Below, in pieces: positions 27,494 through 37,291 of a stretch of 64,000 nt of DNA. The notes under the pieces are model-generated. The model made no database searches. It worked only from the letters and a program-made list of their open reading frames with translations, and was not told where the DNA came from. The stretch spans positions 25,366 through 89,365 of the forward strand of contig CAJWRY010000001.1 of NCBI GenBank assembly GCA_913046155.1, given 5' to 3'. The position numbers and the translations under genes are program-made. Position 1 is the stretch's first letter. Every line of letters starts with the position of its first letter. Source of the DNA: an uncultured Candidatus Nemicrothrix sp. (GTDB taxonomy: Bacteria; Actinomycetota; Acidimicrobiia; Acidimicrobiales; UBA8592).

Positions 27494-28734
27494 TTAGTAA
27501 ATCCTATATGCAACTCTCGAAGTGCCCGTAGGCAGAAATTTGGGTGATGGCTGAAATCATTTAAGTCATCTAAAAACCACATTTCTTCAATTCGCTCTAG
27601 GAGAACTTTGAAGCTTAGTAGTATTTCTCTTCGGGCGAGAGGAGCACCCATACAGTAGTGAGTACCAAACCCAAAAGCTAGGTGCTGTCGTGAGTTCTCC
27701 CTTTCAAGATTCAACTTTTGGGGAGTTTCAAACATTGCATCATCAAGATTCGCGGCTGCATAGCGAACATTTATTACAGAGCCTTTAGGAATATCTACCC
27801 CATGAAATTTAATATCTTCAGCTGCTTCGCGAAATAATCCTTGGACAGGGCCTTCAAGCCTTAATATTTCTTCGACGAGTACGGGTAAATATTTTTTGGG
27901 ATCGCTCTTTAGTAGATTCCATTGGTCAGGTTGTTGAATTAATAGCATTACGCCAGCAGAGATAGCATTCGTACTTGTCTCGGAACCTCCAACAAAGGTA
28001 TCTGCCATCATCTCGGCGTGGAGTTCCTCGTCCGTTAAGGTTCGGCCCCATTCGGGGATTTCCGTGTTCACAAGATCGCTCAAAAGACTATCATCTGGTG
28101 TTTCTCGCAATCTATCGAATATGGGCTGAAAGTAGTGCTGAGCTTCGATTTCCATCTCAGTTGACCAGATTGCTTCTTCTTCCGTTTGCATCATTCCCAA
28201 TCGCTGAACCCATGCGTCTGTCCATGCCTTAATTTTCCAAATATCTTCTTCAGGAACTCCTACTTGATGCCCTATCACAATAAGTGGAAGCGGTATTGCG
28301 AAATCACGTACCCAGTCACATCTTCCATTATCAATGAAACCATCGAACAAGCGATTAGCGAGATTCTCAACAAACGGATCCATTTTTTTGATTTTCTGGG
28401 GGCGAAACGCATGAGCAAATAACTTTCGCATTTCTTTGTGTTCCGGGTCATCCCTACCAGCTAATGTAGGAGCAGGGATCCACCCCTTCTCTCTATACAG
28501 TTCTCGCAACATAGCGGATCGCCTATCAGTCTTTGCCTTATCGCGCTTATTTCGAAATGACTTAGTGTCTTTTAAAACTTCTTGCACGTCTTCGTAGCGA
28601 GTAATAATGAACATCCCTGATTTTGGATCCTGCCAGACTGGAGCGTTATCTTGAAGGATTTTATATGCACCGTAGGGACACTCAGATATATCGGGGTCAA
28701 AGAAATCCACATCTCTTTTATTGAAACTACTCAT
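27475..28734 (-). CDS. Cytochrome P450 (canonical)
   Basis: GGSETS, EEILR, HLAFGFGTHYCMGAPLAR. Confidence 0.95.
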   Translation of the reverse strand: MSSFNKRDVDFFDPDISECPYGAYKILQDNAPVWQDPKSGMFIITRYEDVQEVLKDTKSFRNKRDKAKTDRRSAMLRELYREKGWIPAPTLAGRDDPEHKEMRKLFAHAFRPQKIKKMDPFVENLANRLFDGFIDNGRCDWVRDFAIPLPLIVIGHQVGVPEEDIWKIKAWTDAWVQRLGMMQTEEEAIWSTEMEIEAQHYFQPIFDRLRETPDDSLLSDLVNTEIPEWGRTLTDEELHAEMMADTFVGGSETSTNAISAGVMLLIQQPDQWNLLKSDPKKYLPVLVEEILRLEGPVQGLFREAAEDIKFHGVDIPKGSVINVRYAAANLDDAMFETPQKLNLERENSRQHLAFGFGTHYCMGAPLARREILLSFKVLLERIEEMWFLDDLNDFSHHPNFCLRALRELHIGFTKCKRFA

Positions 28735-28735
28735 G

Positions 28736-29803
28736 CTACGTTCCTTTGATCCTATCTTTGACTGCTGTTGAGTTTTCTGCAGTTGTGAAGCGATCAGCGT
28801 GGGTTAGCCTTGCTAGTTCTACCGCAATTGTCACCCAGTCATCATCTACTCTGATACCAGAACAGTCGGCAGCTATATTAAGGCTTCGAAAAATGGAAAC
28901 GGTGATTGCTGCGTCTATCATCCCCTCGGTTCCAACTTCTTCACCGAGCTGTTTTCGGACTTCAGGAAGGTTTGATGTTTGTCGATTTGCCGATTCAGTA
29001 AATGCAATAAGCGATTCAGCATGCGGTACGCCAGATAGGGCTCCCGAACCGTTTATTGCATTACTTAGATCTAAATTTGAGTTAATTGCTTCGCTACTCG
29101 AACTGAGAAACATTGAGTGCGCACTTGTTCAATAAAAACATTCATTTATTGCGGAGGTTCTTGCCGCAACCAATTCAATTTGTTGACGAGATAAGCTTCT
29201 ATGTTCCCAAACCATTTCGCCAAAATTAGTTCCAGAATACATAGACCTCACAAGCAGCATCCGCCTCGCATTGTCAGCTTGAGCGAGACTTAACGAGACA
29301 GCAACATGAGGCAAACCCCTTGGTGAAAAGGTCGGCAGAAACGCGACATCATTAACTAAGTCTTCGGGTCTTTCCTTCGTTGGAGCACCGTCATGGGCAT
29401 TTGGCAACTTTTCTCTGGGGTAGCCGAGAATATCGGCGAGAGTAAAGACGGGAACTACTTGTGTGACGATTGCAGCAAGCTCCGCGTAGCGATCCTGACC
29501 TAGTACATCCACGATGCGGTCATAAGCGTCTCTATCTATAGTGGAAGACTCATATGTAATTTTACGAACAACCGCCCTTACATAAGGACTTAGACTCTCA
29601 GTTTCTTGATGAGAGTATTTAGATAAATCATTAACTCTTTCAACTAACGTGGGTTGACTGGAGTTTCGTACTTCTTGCGCAATCTGAATTCTTTGCTGGC
29701 CTGTCCACCAAGCACCAGGTTTTCCTAAGTTATGCCACACGATTTCAAAGCTTTGGATAACCTCATCGGGCACTATTGTCTTCAAAGGTAAGAACGGTGC
29801 CAT
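28736..29803 (-). CDS. Alkylhydroperoxidase (AhpD)-related selenoprotein, 355 aa, Sec at TGA 29131-29129
   Basis: Track ORFs 29129..29803 and 28736..29113 are in frame; read-through gives ELVAARTSAINECFY-U-TSAHSMFL, the full AhpD N-x-C-x-Y-C-x3-H motif with U. Confidence 0.87.
29087..29112 (-). promoter_or_regulatory. Weak candidate SECIS hairpin
   Basis: CTC-[AGTTC]-GAG, loop 24 nt after UGA with G at loop position 2; lower stem TGTTT/AAGCA. Confidence 0.3.
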
Positions 29804-29812
29804 CTCGAAAGT

Positions 29813-31033
29813 TTAAACCCTAGGCTCTTTTGGAAGTCCAAGCACCATCTCCCCTAAAATGTTTCTTTGGATCTGAGAGGTGCCAGCATAAATTGTTCCT
29901 GCTCGTGCGTTATAGAAGGCCCCTATCCATGAGGCACTTTGATTTGGAGAACCAGGATTGTCGGCATGAAATGAGGTTGAAGCTTTAGCACCCGAAAGAA
30001 CCATGGATTCATTACCTAAAATATCTAGAGCTAATTCAGTTATTCGTTTGTGATATTCAGACCAATAAAGCTTGAACATGCTTTCTTGAGGACCAGGCTG
30101 CTTTCCATCTAAGAAGCCAGTTAGAGTTCTCATGCCGAGCAGTCGCATTATCTCGACTTCGATATATGATTGCGCCAGTCTTTGGCGAAATGCAGGTGCT
30201 GTATGCTTACCCTGTGCAACTGCTAATTCAATTAATTTATCCATTTCATTCCTGAACATAATTGGCATCGTCGCAGCACTTTCACCTCTTTCATAACCCA
30301 ACAAAGTCATTGCAACTGCCCAACCACCATTAACTTCACCGACAACATTCTCTTTGCTGGTTCGAGCGTTCGTAAAAAAAGTTTCATTAAAATCCGATTC
30401 ACCTGACAACATTTCAATAGGACGCATCTCAATGCCTTCTTGATCTACGGGGCATAACAAAAATGAGATGCCCCTATGCTTGGGAGCTTCTTTGTCAGTC
30501 CTACAGAGTACAAATATCCAGTTAGCGAATTGCCCCGCGGATGTCCAAATCTTCTGTCCTTCTATTACCCATTCATCTCCATCGAGAGTAGCTGAGCATC
30601 CAAGTCCCCCTAGGTCAGAGCCTGCGTCTGGTTCTGAGTACCCTTGACACCAGACATGTTCACCGGAAATTATTTTGGGAAGAAATGACGATTTCTGTTC
30701 TTCCGTGCCCCAATGCAGAATCGTGTTTCCGACCATCTGTATGCTGAATGCGTCATTTGAGCCACCGGAGGGAACTCCGGCTTTCATGAACTCTTCTGCA
30801 AGAATTACTTGTTCAAGTTCGCTTAATCCGCCACCGCCGACTTCTTTAGGCCATGAAGGGGCAAGGAATCCATTCTCTGCCAGCAACGGCCGCCAAATAT
30901 TGTTGGCGAATTCGTAAGCTTCTTCGGGATTTAGCGATCCGATTCCTTCCCAATTGGAGGGTAAGTTTGTCTTTAGAAAACTTTGAACCACAGCTCGAAA
31001 TTTTTCCGCTTCTTCTGAATAAGTTGGTAACAA
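29813..31033 (-). CDS. Acyl-CoA dehydrogenase (actinobacterial FadE/ChsE-like)
   Basis: WCQGYSEPDAGSDL, GQKIWTS, LGYERG, TIYAGTSQIQRNI. Confidence 0.93.
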   Translation of the reverse strand: MLPTYSEEAEKFRAVVQSFLKTNLPSNWEGIGSLNPEEAYEFANNIWRPLLAENGFLAPSWPKEVGGGGLSELEQVILAEEFMKAGVPSGGSNDAFSIQMVGNTILHWGTEEQKSSFLPKIISGEHVWCQGYSEPDAGSDLGGLGCSATLDGDEWVIEGQKIWTSAGQFANWIFVLCRTDKEAPKHRGISFLLCPVDQEGIEMRPIEMLSGESDFNETFFTNARTSKENVVGEVNGGWAVAMTLLGYERGESAATMPIMFRNEMDKLIELAVAQGKHTAPAFRQRLAQSYIEVEIMRLLGMRTLTGFLDGKQPGPQESMFKLYWSEYHKRITELALDILGNESMVLSGAKASTSFHADNPGSPNQSASWIGAFYNARAGTIYAGTSQIQRNILGEMVLGLPKEPRV

Positions 31034-31065
31034 AGTTCCTCAATTCCTAGAGAGTTAGTAGCTGT

Positions 31066-32262
31066 TCAGCCAACTACACCCTTATCTTTTAGTTCTGAAA
31101 TAAGCTCCTCTGAATAACCTAACGCCTGAAGGGTCTCGTCATTATGTTGACCTCGGTGCGCCGCACTGTATTTTGGATCTACTGTAGTAACCGAAAATCG
31201 CGCTGCTGGTTTAGGTTGGCGAACAATTCCTGCATCTGGGTGTTCCCATTCCACCAAAGTTTCGTTATGGATAACTTGCGGATCGACAATAGCTTCTTCA
31301 CCTGTAAGTACTGGCCCGCTTGGTACATCAGCTTCTATTAAAGCCTCTATCGCTTCTTCGCAGGTCATTTCCAAAAATGCGCCTGCTAGCATTTCGCCAA
31401 GCAAGACAAAGTTTTCTGGATTTGCTGCAAGAGCAGCCATCGAAGAGAACCTTTCATCCTCTCCCCATTCCGGATGACCAACTGCAGCGCATACTCCTGC
31501 TCGCTGTTTATCAGAGGCGGCGAAATACACTATTTTCCCATCACTGCACTCTGTTAAGTTATAAACACTGGATAACAGAATTCCACCATTTGCGTCATCA
31601 TCTACCATTGTAAGATCCATCATTCCATCCGGCCAGAAAAAATACATACAGGCATCAACCATTGGAATTTCAACGTGTTGCCCTGCACCAGTTCTCTCTC
31701 GCGCCAATAATGCAGCAGTAGTCGCTTGCGCTACTGTCAGAGCTGTTGATTTGTCAGCATAAAGATTTCTTACCAAGTCGGGAAAAGGTATTTGGGGGTT
31801 CAGTTGGCGACTTATCACTCCACAAATTCCCTGGATCACAGGATCAAGCACTGGTCGGCTGGAATACGGCCCAGTTGGCCCAAATCCACTGATTGAGACG
31901 TAAATCAGATTTGGATTTATTTTAGATAGCTCCTCGTAACCCAATCCCATTCTATCAATTGCACCGGGTCGGAAGTTTTGGACGAAAACATCAACAGTTT
32001 TGGCCAGCTCCCTAATAATTTCAACACCTTCCTCTTTGGACAAGTCAAGGGATAAAGAATTCTTTCCCCTATTGTTATTCATGTAAAAGGCGCCTATCCC
32101 GCCCTTGTCGAAGGAAGGTAATCTTGTCATATCACCCAGCCCATCAACAGGTTCCACCTTCAATACTTCTGCTCCTTGGTCGGCAAGAAGCATCGTTGCT
32201 AGTGGCCCAGATACGACTTGCGTTAAGTCCAAGATCTTGAAACCGTCTAATGGTCCAGTCAT
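31066..32262 (-). CDS. CaiB/BaiF family III CoA-transferase
   Basis: GPLDG.KILDL...GP....LADQGAEV.KVE, NRGK.S, NFRPG; AGGAG before ATG 32262. Confidence 0.92.
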   Translation of the reverse strand: MTGPLDGFKILDLTQVVSGPLATMLLADQGAEVLKVEPVDGLGDMTRLPSFDKGGIGAFYMNNNRGKNSLSLDLSKEEGVEIIRELAKTVDVFVQNFRPGAIDRMGLGYEELSKINPNLIYVSISGFGPTGPYSSRPVLDPVIQGICGVISRQLNPQIPFPDLVRNLYADKSTALTVAQATTAALLARERTGAGQHVEIPMVDACMYFFWPDGMMDLTMVDDDANGGILLSSVYNLTECSDGKIVYFAASDKQRAGVCAAVGHPEWGEDERFSSMAALAANPENFVLLGEMLAGAFLEMTCEEAIEALIEADVPSGPVLTGEEAIVDPQVIHNETLVEWEHPDAGIVRQPKPAARFSVTTVDPKYSAAHRGQHNDETLQALGYSEELISELKDKGVVG

Positions 32263-32440
32263 AAATCTCCTTAGTAGTTGATAAGAGGCTATTCCCTCAC
32301 TATATTCTGGCAAAATCTATCGACCTAATTTTCTTATCTTTCACCCCTAACAACGGCAGATAATAGTTGCTTCAAAATTCTTACAGCAAGATGAAGAGAG
32401 TTGGACATTAGCCCCTCATCCACGAGAAGAAAAGCTTTAG

Positions 32441-32905
32441 TTATGCTCTTTCGACCGTTTGACCTGAGAGGCGGTGCTCGCCATCACCGAATCCTGCGGG
32501 GGCCTGTTTGTTTGGAAGTGATAACCCAATGAATATTCCAGCTATCACAATTAAAGAAACAAATACTCCAGAGGTAAGCATAACGATGACTGGCGCCGGA
32601 CACGTTCCCGCAATTGCCCATCCGCAGCCAAAGATTGCCCCGCCCTTAAGGTGATTTGCCTTTACATCTGATCGCTGAAGAGCAATCATACCCCCAAACC
32701 TTGTTTTGGTATTTCGGCTTTCTAAAATGCCGAGACCAATAGTCGCTATGAAAATCGCGGAACCCATGAACCCGAATACATAGAATTCATCTAGTTTCAA
32801 CATGTTGTGTATTGTGTCGTACTCATGAAGGGACCCAGCGGCTAATACTCCCCCAAACATTGCACCGAAGGCGAGACCAATAATATTTTTCCTAAAGCGA
32901 TTCAT
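32441..32905 (-). CDS. YeeE/YedE-family membrane protein (PmpB-like half)
   Basis: GGAIFG.GWAIAGTCPAP; ATGA coupling at 32902-32905. Confidence 0.85.
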   Translation of the reverse strand: MNRFRKNIIGLAFGAMFGGVLAAGSLHEYDTIHNMLKLDEFYVFGFMGSAIFIATIGLGILESRNTKTRFGGMIALQRSDVKANHLKGGAIFGCGWAIAGTCPAPVIVMLTSGVFVSLIVIAGIFIGLSLPNKQAPAGFGDGEHRLSGQTVERA

Positions 32906-33399
32906 AGTTTCCCACCAGAAATCAATCGAAGAAACCCTGTTGTGAGTATTGCTGAAGTCATGAAGGTAACTGTTGCAGCAATTGAGGATTTTGACCGTTG
33001 AGCAGTTCCGCAAATTCCATGGCCAGAGGTGCAACCTCCCCCTAGTTTGGCACCGTAACCAATCAATATTCCGCCTATAAATATCGCAGGTACCATGACC
33101 CAGATAGGCGCAGCATTTCTGAAGGAGTCAAACCCGATTCTCAAACCCTTTGAGTCTTGAAGAAATTGGGTCACGACATACCCTCCCAATCCAAGCCCCG
33201 CAAAGTACCAGACTCTCCATGCGGCTCTGTCGCCTACTCTGCGAACGTGATTCATTGTATGGATATACGCACCGCTTGCTCCTAATGGCTGATTCATCAT
33301 CAAGAAAAAACATACTGTAATCACACCAAGTATGGGACCGAGAATATACCAGTCAGCCTGTTGAGGTAACATAGCTCCGAAGAGCATTTTGTCCGGCAT
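32902..33399 (-). CDS. YeeE/YedE-family membrane protein (PmpA-like half)
   Basis: LGASG, GGILIGYGAKLGGGCTSGHGICG. Confidence 0.87.
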   Translation of the reverse strand: MPDKMLFGAMLPQQADWYILGPILGVITVCFFLMMNQPLGASGAYIHTMNHVRRVGDRAAWRVWYFAGLGLGGYVVTQFLQDSKGLRIGFDSFRNAAPIWVMVPAIFIGGILIGYGAKLGGGCTSGHGICGTAQRSKSSIAATVTFMTSAILTTGFLRLISGGKL

Positions 33400-33466
33400 A
33401 AAACTCACGCTATTTGCAATGTGGGAGTTCGGCAACAATTAGACTAAAATTTGAGGGGGTGTAGAT

Positions 33467-34819
33467 ATGACAGATCTTCAAGAAAAAATAACTACCAAAG
33501 TTGGAATCCCCCGTGACAAAGCACCGGAACCTCCTTTGGGTACAGATCCTATAATTTTTGGAGACCGCTACTACTCTCAGGAATTTGCATCAAATGAGTG
33601 GGACCGAATGTGGACTCGAGTTTGGCAGATTGCTGGACGTGTTGACCAAATCCCATCAACTGGAGATTACATCAGCTACGAAATCATGCACGAATCTATA
33701 ATCTGCGTGCGAGGTGAAGATTCACGTATTCGGGCTTTTTATAATGCCTGCCAACATAGGGGCAACCAACTTGTCACAGCGGAAATGGGCTCTCTCGCAA
33801 GTGGCGAATTCCAATGTGCCTACCATGGTTGGAGATTTAGCACTTCTGGAGAATGCACCTGGGCGTATTGTGAAGATGACTTTCCTCAAGGATCGCCATG
33901 TGGAAAAGCGAACCTTGTAGAAATCCCTTGTGATACTTGGGCCGGTTTCATCTGGTTCAATATGGATCCTGAATGTATTTCCCTTAGGGATTCATTGGAG
34001 CCTGTTGCTTCTCATCTAGATACCTACCGTATGGAAGACATGAAAAGAACCCACTGGGTGACCATAGAGGGACAATGGAATTGGAAATGCGTGCAGGATA
34101 ACTTCAACGAAAGCTACCACCTTCCCTTCGTGCATCCACAGACCGTGGCTACTATGAACGAACATCACACGGGTTGCCAGTTTGACTTATACCCTTCAGG
34201 GCATTGTCGCATGCTAATGCCTGGCGGTGGTCCGGGGCCTCACTTTAGGGGGTCAGCTGAAAAGACATTTAAGGGATTACAACAAACTTTTGACTTCTGG
34301 GAATTTGATCCCGAACCATTTAGGGATGATCTACCCGGCCTCCGTGTAGCGCTTCAGGAAAGGAAACGTGAACTCTCAGAGTCAAAAGGGTATGACTTTA
34401 CCCAATACTCGGATGAACAATTAACTGATCACTACCACTACACCGTTTTCCCGAATATCTCTTTCAGTATGAAGCCTGATGGTTGCATATTCCTAAGGTC
34501 TGCTCCACACCCCACCGATCCAAATAAATGCTTATTTGATATGTGGTACTTAACCATGTTCCCTGAAGGAGCGAAAGAGTACTATTCAAATTCAATGCGT
34601 GATTGGGTCTCGATAGACCATCAGGTTGAGCACGTAACTGGCATAGCCGGTGAAGTTAGTTGTGGCCCGGGCATTGATCAGGATGTCGCTATATGGTCTA
34701 CTCAACACAAAGGTCTGCGCTCACGTGGTTACAGAGGAGAATACCTTCCAGCGCAGGAGAGAAGAATCCGGTATTTCCATGAGACTCTTGACCGATACCT
34801 TGCCATGGACCCTGCATGA
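33467..34819 (+). CDS. Rieske non-heme iron oxygenase alpha subunit
   Basis: CQHRG...CAYHGW Rieske site; NWK...NFNESYHLPFVH and DQD mononuclear Fe site. Confidence 0.93.
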   Translation: MTDLQEKITTKVGIPRDKAPEPPLGTDPIIFGDRYYSQEFASNEWDRMWTRVWQIAGRVDQIPSTGDYISYEIMHESIICVRGEDSRIRAFYNACQHRGNQLVTAEMGSLASGEFQCAYHGWRFSTSGECTWAYCEDDFPQGSPCGKANLVEIPCDTWAGFIWFNMDPECISLRDSLEPVASHLDTYRMEDMKRTHWVTIEGQWNWKCVQDNFNESYHLPFVHPQTVATMNEHHTGCQFDLYPSGHCRMLMPGGGPGPHFRGSAEKTFKGLQQTFDFWEFDPEPFRDDLPGLRVALQERKRELSESKGYDFTQYSDEQLTDHYHYTVFPNISFSMKPDGCIFLRSAPHPTDPNKCLFDMWYLTMFPEGAKEYYSNSMRDWVSIDHQVEHVTGIAGEVSCGPGIDQDVAIWSTQHKGLRSRGYRGEYLPAQERRIRYFHETLDRYLAMDPA

Positions 34820-35196
34820 GCAATGATAACTCTCACGAGTTGGGAAATCTCGAAGATTTAGAAGAGGGTGGAATGCGGGTCTTTGAAGACATCGGCGATT
34901 ATGGAATCGTTGTCTGTCGTGTCAACGGGGAATTATATGCTTTAGAAGATAACTGCAGTCATGCAGACACGCCTCTCAGTGAAGGACGTTTACGATCTCA
35001 TAACCTTACATGCCCCTTACATGGAACATCATTTGACGTACGAACCGGAGAACACAGTGGACCGCCGGCATATGAAGGGGTTCCATGCTTTAAGATAGAG
35101 GTTGATAATGGAGTTGCCGTAGCTTTACCGCTAGAAAATAAAGCAAACAACGACGACGGCTATGGGGGCATCGGCGGAATGTTCCAAACACGCTAG
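34816..35196 (+). CDS. Rieske [2Fe-2S] ferredoxin
   Basis: CSH...LSEG...CPLHG..FDVRTG. Confidence 0.92.
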   Translation: MSNDNSHELGNLEDLEEGGMRVFEDIGDYGIVVCRVNGELYALEDNCSHADTPLSEGRLRSHNLTCPLHGTSFDVRTGEHSGPPAYEGVPCFKIEVDNGVAVALPLENKANNDDGYGGIGGMFQTR

Positions 35197-35207
35197 GGCG
35201 ATACAAG

Positions 35208-35975
35208 ATGAGAACTATAGACAATCCAGTAGCAATTGTTACAGGTGCAGCACAGGGACTTGGTAAAGCAATCGCTAAACGATTAGCAGATGAAGGTTGT
35301 AGAGTTTCAATAACCGACAAGAATTCGGAAGTCGTTGTCGCTGGAGAAGAAATAGGAGCCGAATCCTATGTTGGTAACGTTGGAGAGGCTCGACATGTAC
35401 GACAGGTGGTTGATTCTGTCCTCAAAATTTACGGCAAGATTGATATTTTGATCAATAACGCCGGTGAAGTCTTTCCCACCGGACCTCGAGATGACTGGGA
35501 TACGACTGATGAGATGTTTGACAGGGTCTTTTCATCTAACACAAAAGGAGCTTACTTATTTGGTCGCGCAGTAGCTTCTTGCATGATGCAAAATAATTTC
35601 GGCCATATCCTAAACGTTAGCACTGATCACGTAAAGCCCTCTCCGACTTCTGCAAGGCATCATGGACACGGAAATATGGATCTATACAACGCAAGCAAAT
35701 GGGCTTTGAACGGATTTACATTTGATTGGGCAAAGTCGCTTGCGAAGTACAATATTCGTGTAAATAACTTGTGTGTTGGTGCTACTAACACTGAGATGCT
35801 CAGAAAATGGAGTGGCTCAAACCCAGACCCTGAGTGGGTAAAGAGTTGGATGAAGCCAGAAGACGTAGCCGAAGTCGTTATTAGCCTTATTGAAGAAGGG
35901 CCTGATGGAAGAACGGGAGATAACGTAGGACTCTACGCTGGCTTTGATTGTATTCTTCCACCAGCTGAAACATAG
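35208..35975 (+). CDS. SDR family oxidoreductase
   Basis: TGAAQGLG, NNAG, YNASK. Confidence 0.9.
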   Translation: MRTIDNPVAIVTGAAQGLGKAIAKRLADEGCRVSITDKNSEVVVAGEEIGAESYVGNVGEARHVRQVVDSVLKIYGKIDILINNAGEVFPTGPRDDWDTTDEMFDRVFSSNTKGAYLFGRAVASCMMQNNFGHILNVSTDHVKPSPTSARHHGHGNMDLYNASKWALNGFTFDWAKSLAKYNIRVNNLCVGATNTEMLRKWSGSNPDPEWVKSWMKPEDVAEVVISLIEEGPDGRTGDNVGLYAGFDCILPPAET

Positions 35976-35991
35976 TTATATCGCAATAGCA

Positions 35992-37290
35992 CTATAGTTC
36001 TACGTTCAAATCCCAGCAGGTATGGATATCACCAAGATTGAGAGCAGTTAACTTTGGGTTTGTACCTTTTTGTAGTTTTAGGTCTGGATAGGAATTTAGA
36101 AGGAGTTCCGATGCGACCACAGCGCAGTCGCGAACGATCGCATACATTGACCTAGCTCGTTCCTTTGGGACAGCAGGGTGGATAGAAGGCTTACCAAGAG
36201 AGAATGCTATTCCTGAGGGCAACCCATCTGCCCTATATTGACCTCTTGGTTCTCGCTGGCATAAATCTTTCCTCCCGATAACAAATTTATTTGGTTCATT
36301 AAATTGCCTTGGGTCCCGATTTGCTGCTGCAGCGGAACACATCAATAGTCCACCCTGAGGGATTAAGCGGCCAAAGCGCTCAATTTCATATTTTGCAAAC
36401 CGTTCGGCCGATAAAACAGGTGGGCTAAACCTGAGAGTTTCTAACCATGCGAACTTAAGCATTCGTCGATCATCTAAAACTTTTTTCATCTCGCTTGGAT
36501 TAGTCATCAAATTAAACCACAGGCTTGATAGGCCACCTATAAGTGTGCCTTGATCGATATCAAGAAAGGTCAGAATCACATCCTGTGCTGTCACATCGCG
36601 ATTGAGATTTGCAGTTTGGAGGATGCTAGTTATCAGGTCATTCTGCGGCTTGAGTCGTCGAGCAAGGCAAACCTCACCCACCATAGTTTCCATTCCTTGC
36701 ATAGCTGCAATACCACGTTGTTTGTGGCTGGGGTTCCACCCATCTACAAGTCTTGATTGCCAATAGAGAGCCATGAATTGCTCTACATCCTCATCTGGAA
36801 TGCCTATTACTTTCCCGAACAGGCGAAGAGGAACTTGAGTACAGAATTCCGTTGCTAGGTTAATTTCTTTCTTATCAAACGAAGTTAGAACCTCATCAAC
36901 TACATCGGTTATATGGTTATCTACTAGGTTTTCATATTCTTGTTGGATTTCTTTTTCTTGCCAAAGACTCACAGAGTCGCTCTTCATCAGATTATGCCAA
37001 CTCTTAGGGCGGGTCTCAAAATTCCTGTCATCAGTAAATACAGATGTAACGTCATCATAACGAGTTATCCAAAATCGGTTATTTAACCAGTCCCGATAGC
37101 AAGGATAATTCTCACGGAGTATCTCAAGAAGAGGATACGGGTCCTCAAGGTATTCATTAGAAATCAGTTGACGAGGTTTTATAAGATTAGTTGTCTCACC
37201 GACTCTTTCGCGCTGGTAGACCTCGTAAGTTCTGTAACCTGGAGCTGCTTCTGGTTCCTCGTCATGGTTGTATTCCTCTGAAAGGTCCAT
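35992..37290 (-). CDS. Cytochrome P450-fold protein lacking the axial heme Cys
   Basis: DPYP...LR, ITRYDDV, DLI, ETLRFSPPV, AAANRDPRQF retained; heme loop reads FSLGKPSIHPAV and I-helix DIDQGTL; likely start 37290. Confidence 0.82.
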   Translation of the reverse strand: MDLSEEYNHDEEPEAAPGYRTYEVYQRERVGETTNLIKPRQLISNEYLEDPYPLLEILRENYPCYRDWLNNRFWITRYDDVTSVFTDDRNFETRPKSWHNLMKSDSVSLWQEKEIQQEYENLVDNHITDVVDEVLTSFDKKEINLATEFCTQVPLRLFGKVIGIPDEDVEQFMALYWQSRLVDGWNPSHKQRGIAAMQGMETMVGEVCLARRLKPQNDLITSILQTANLNRDVTAQDVILTFLDIDQGTLIGGLSSLWFNLMTNPSEMKKVLDDRRMLKFAWLETLRFSPPVLSAERFAKYEIERFGRLIPQGGLLMCSAAAANRDPRQFNEPNKFVIGRKDLCQREPRGQYRADGLPSGIAFSLGKPSIHPAVPKERARSMYAIVRDCAVVASELLLNSYPDLKLQKGTNPKLTALNLGDIHTCWDLNVEL

Positions 37291-37291
37291 A

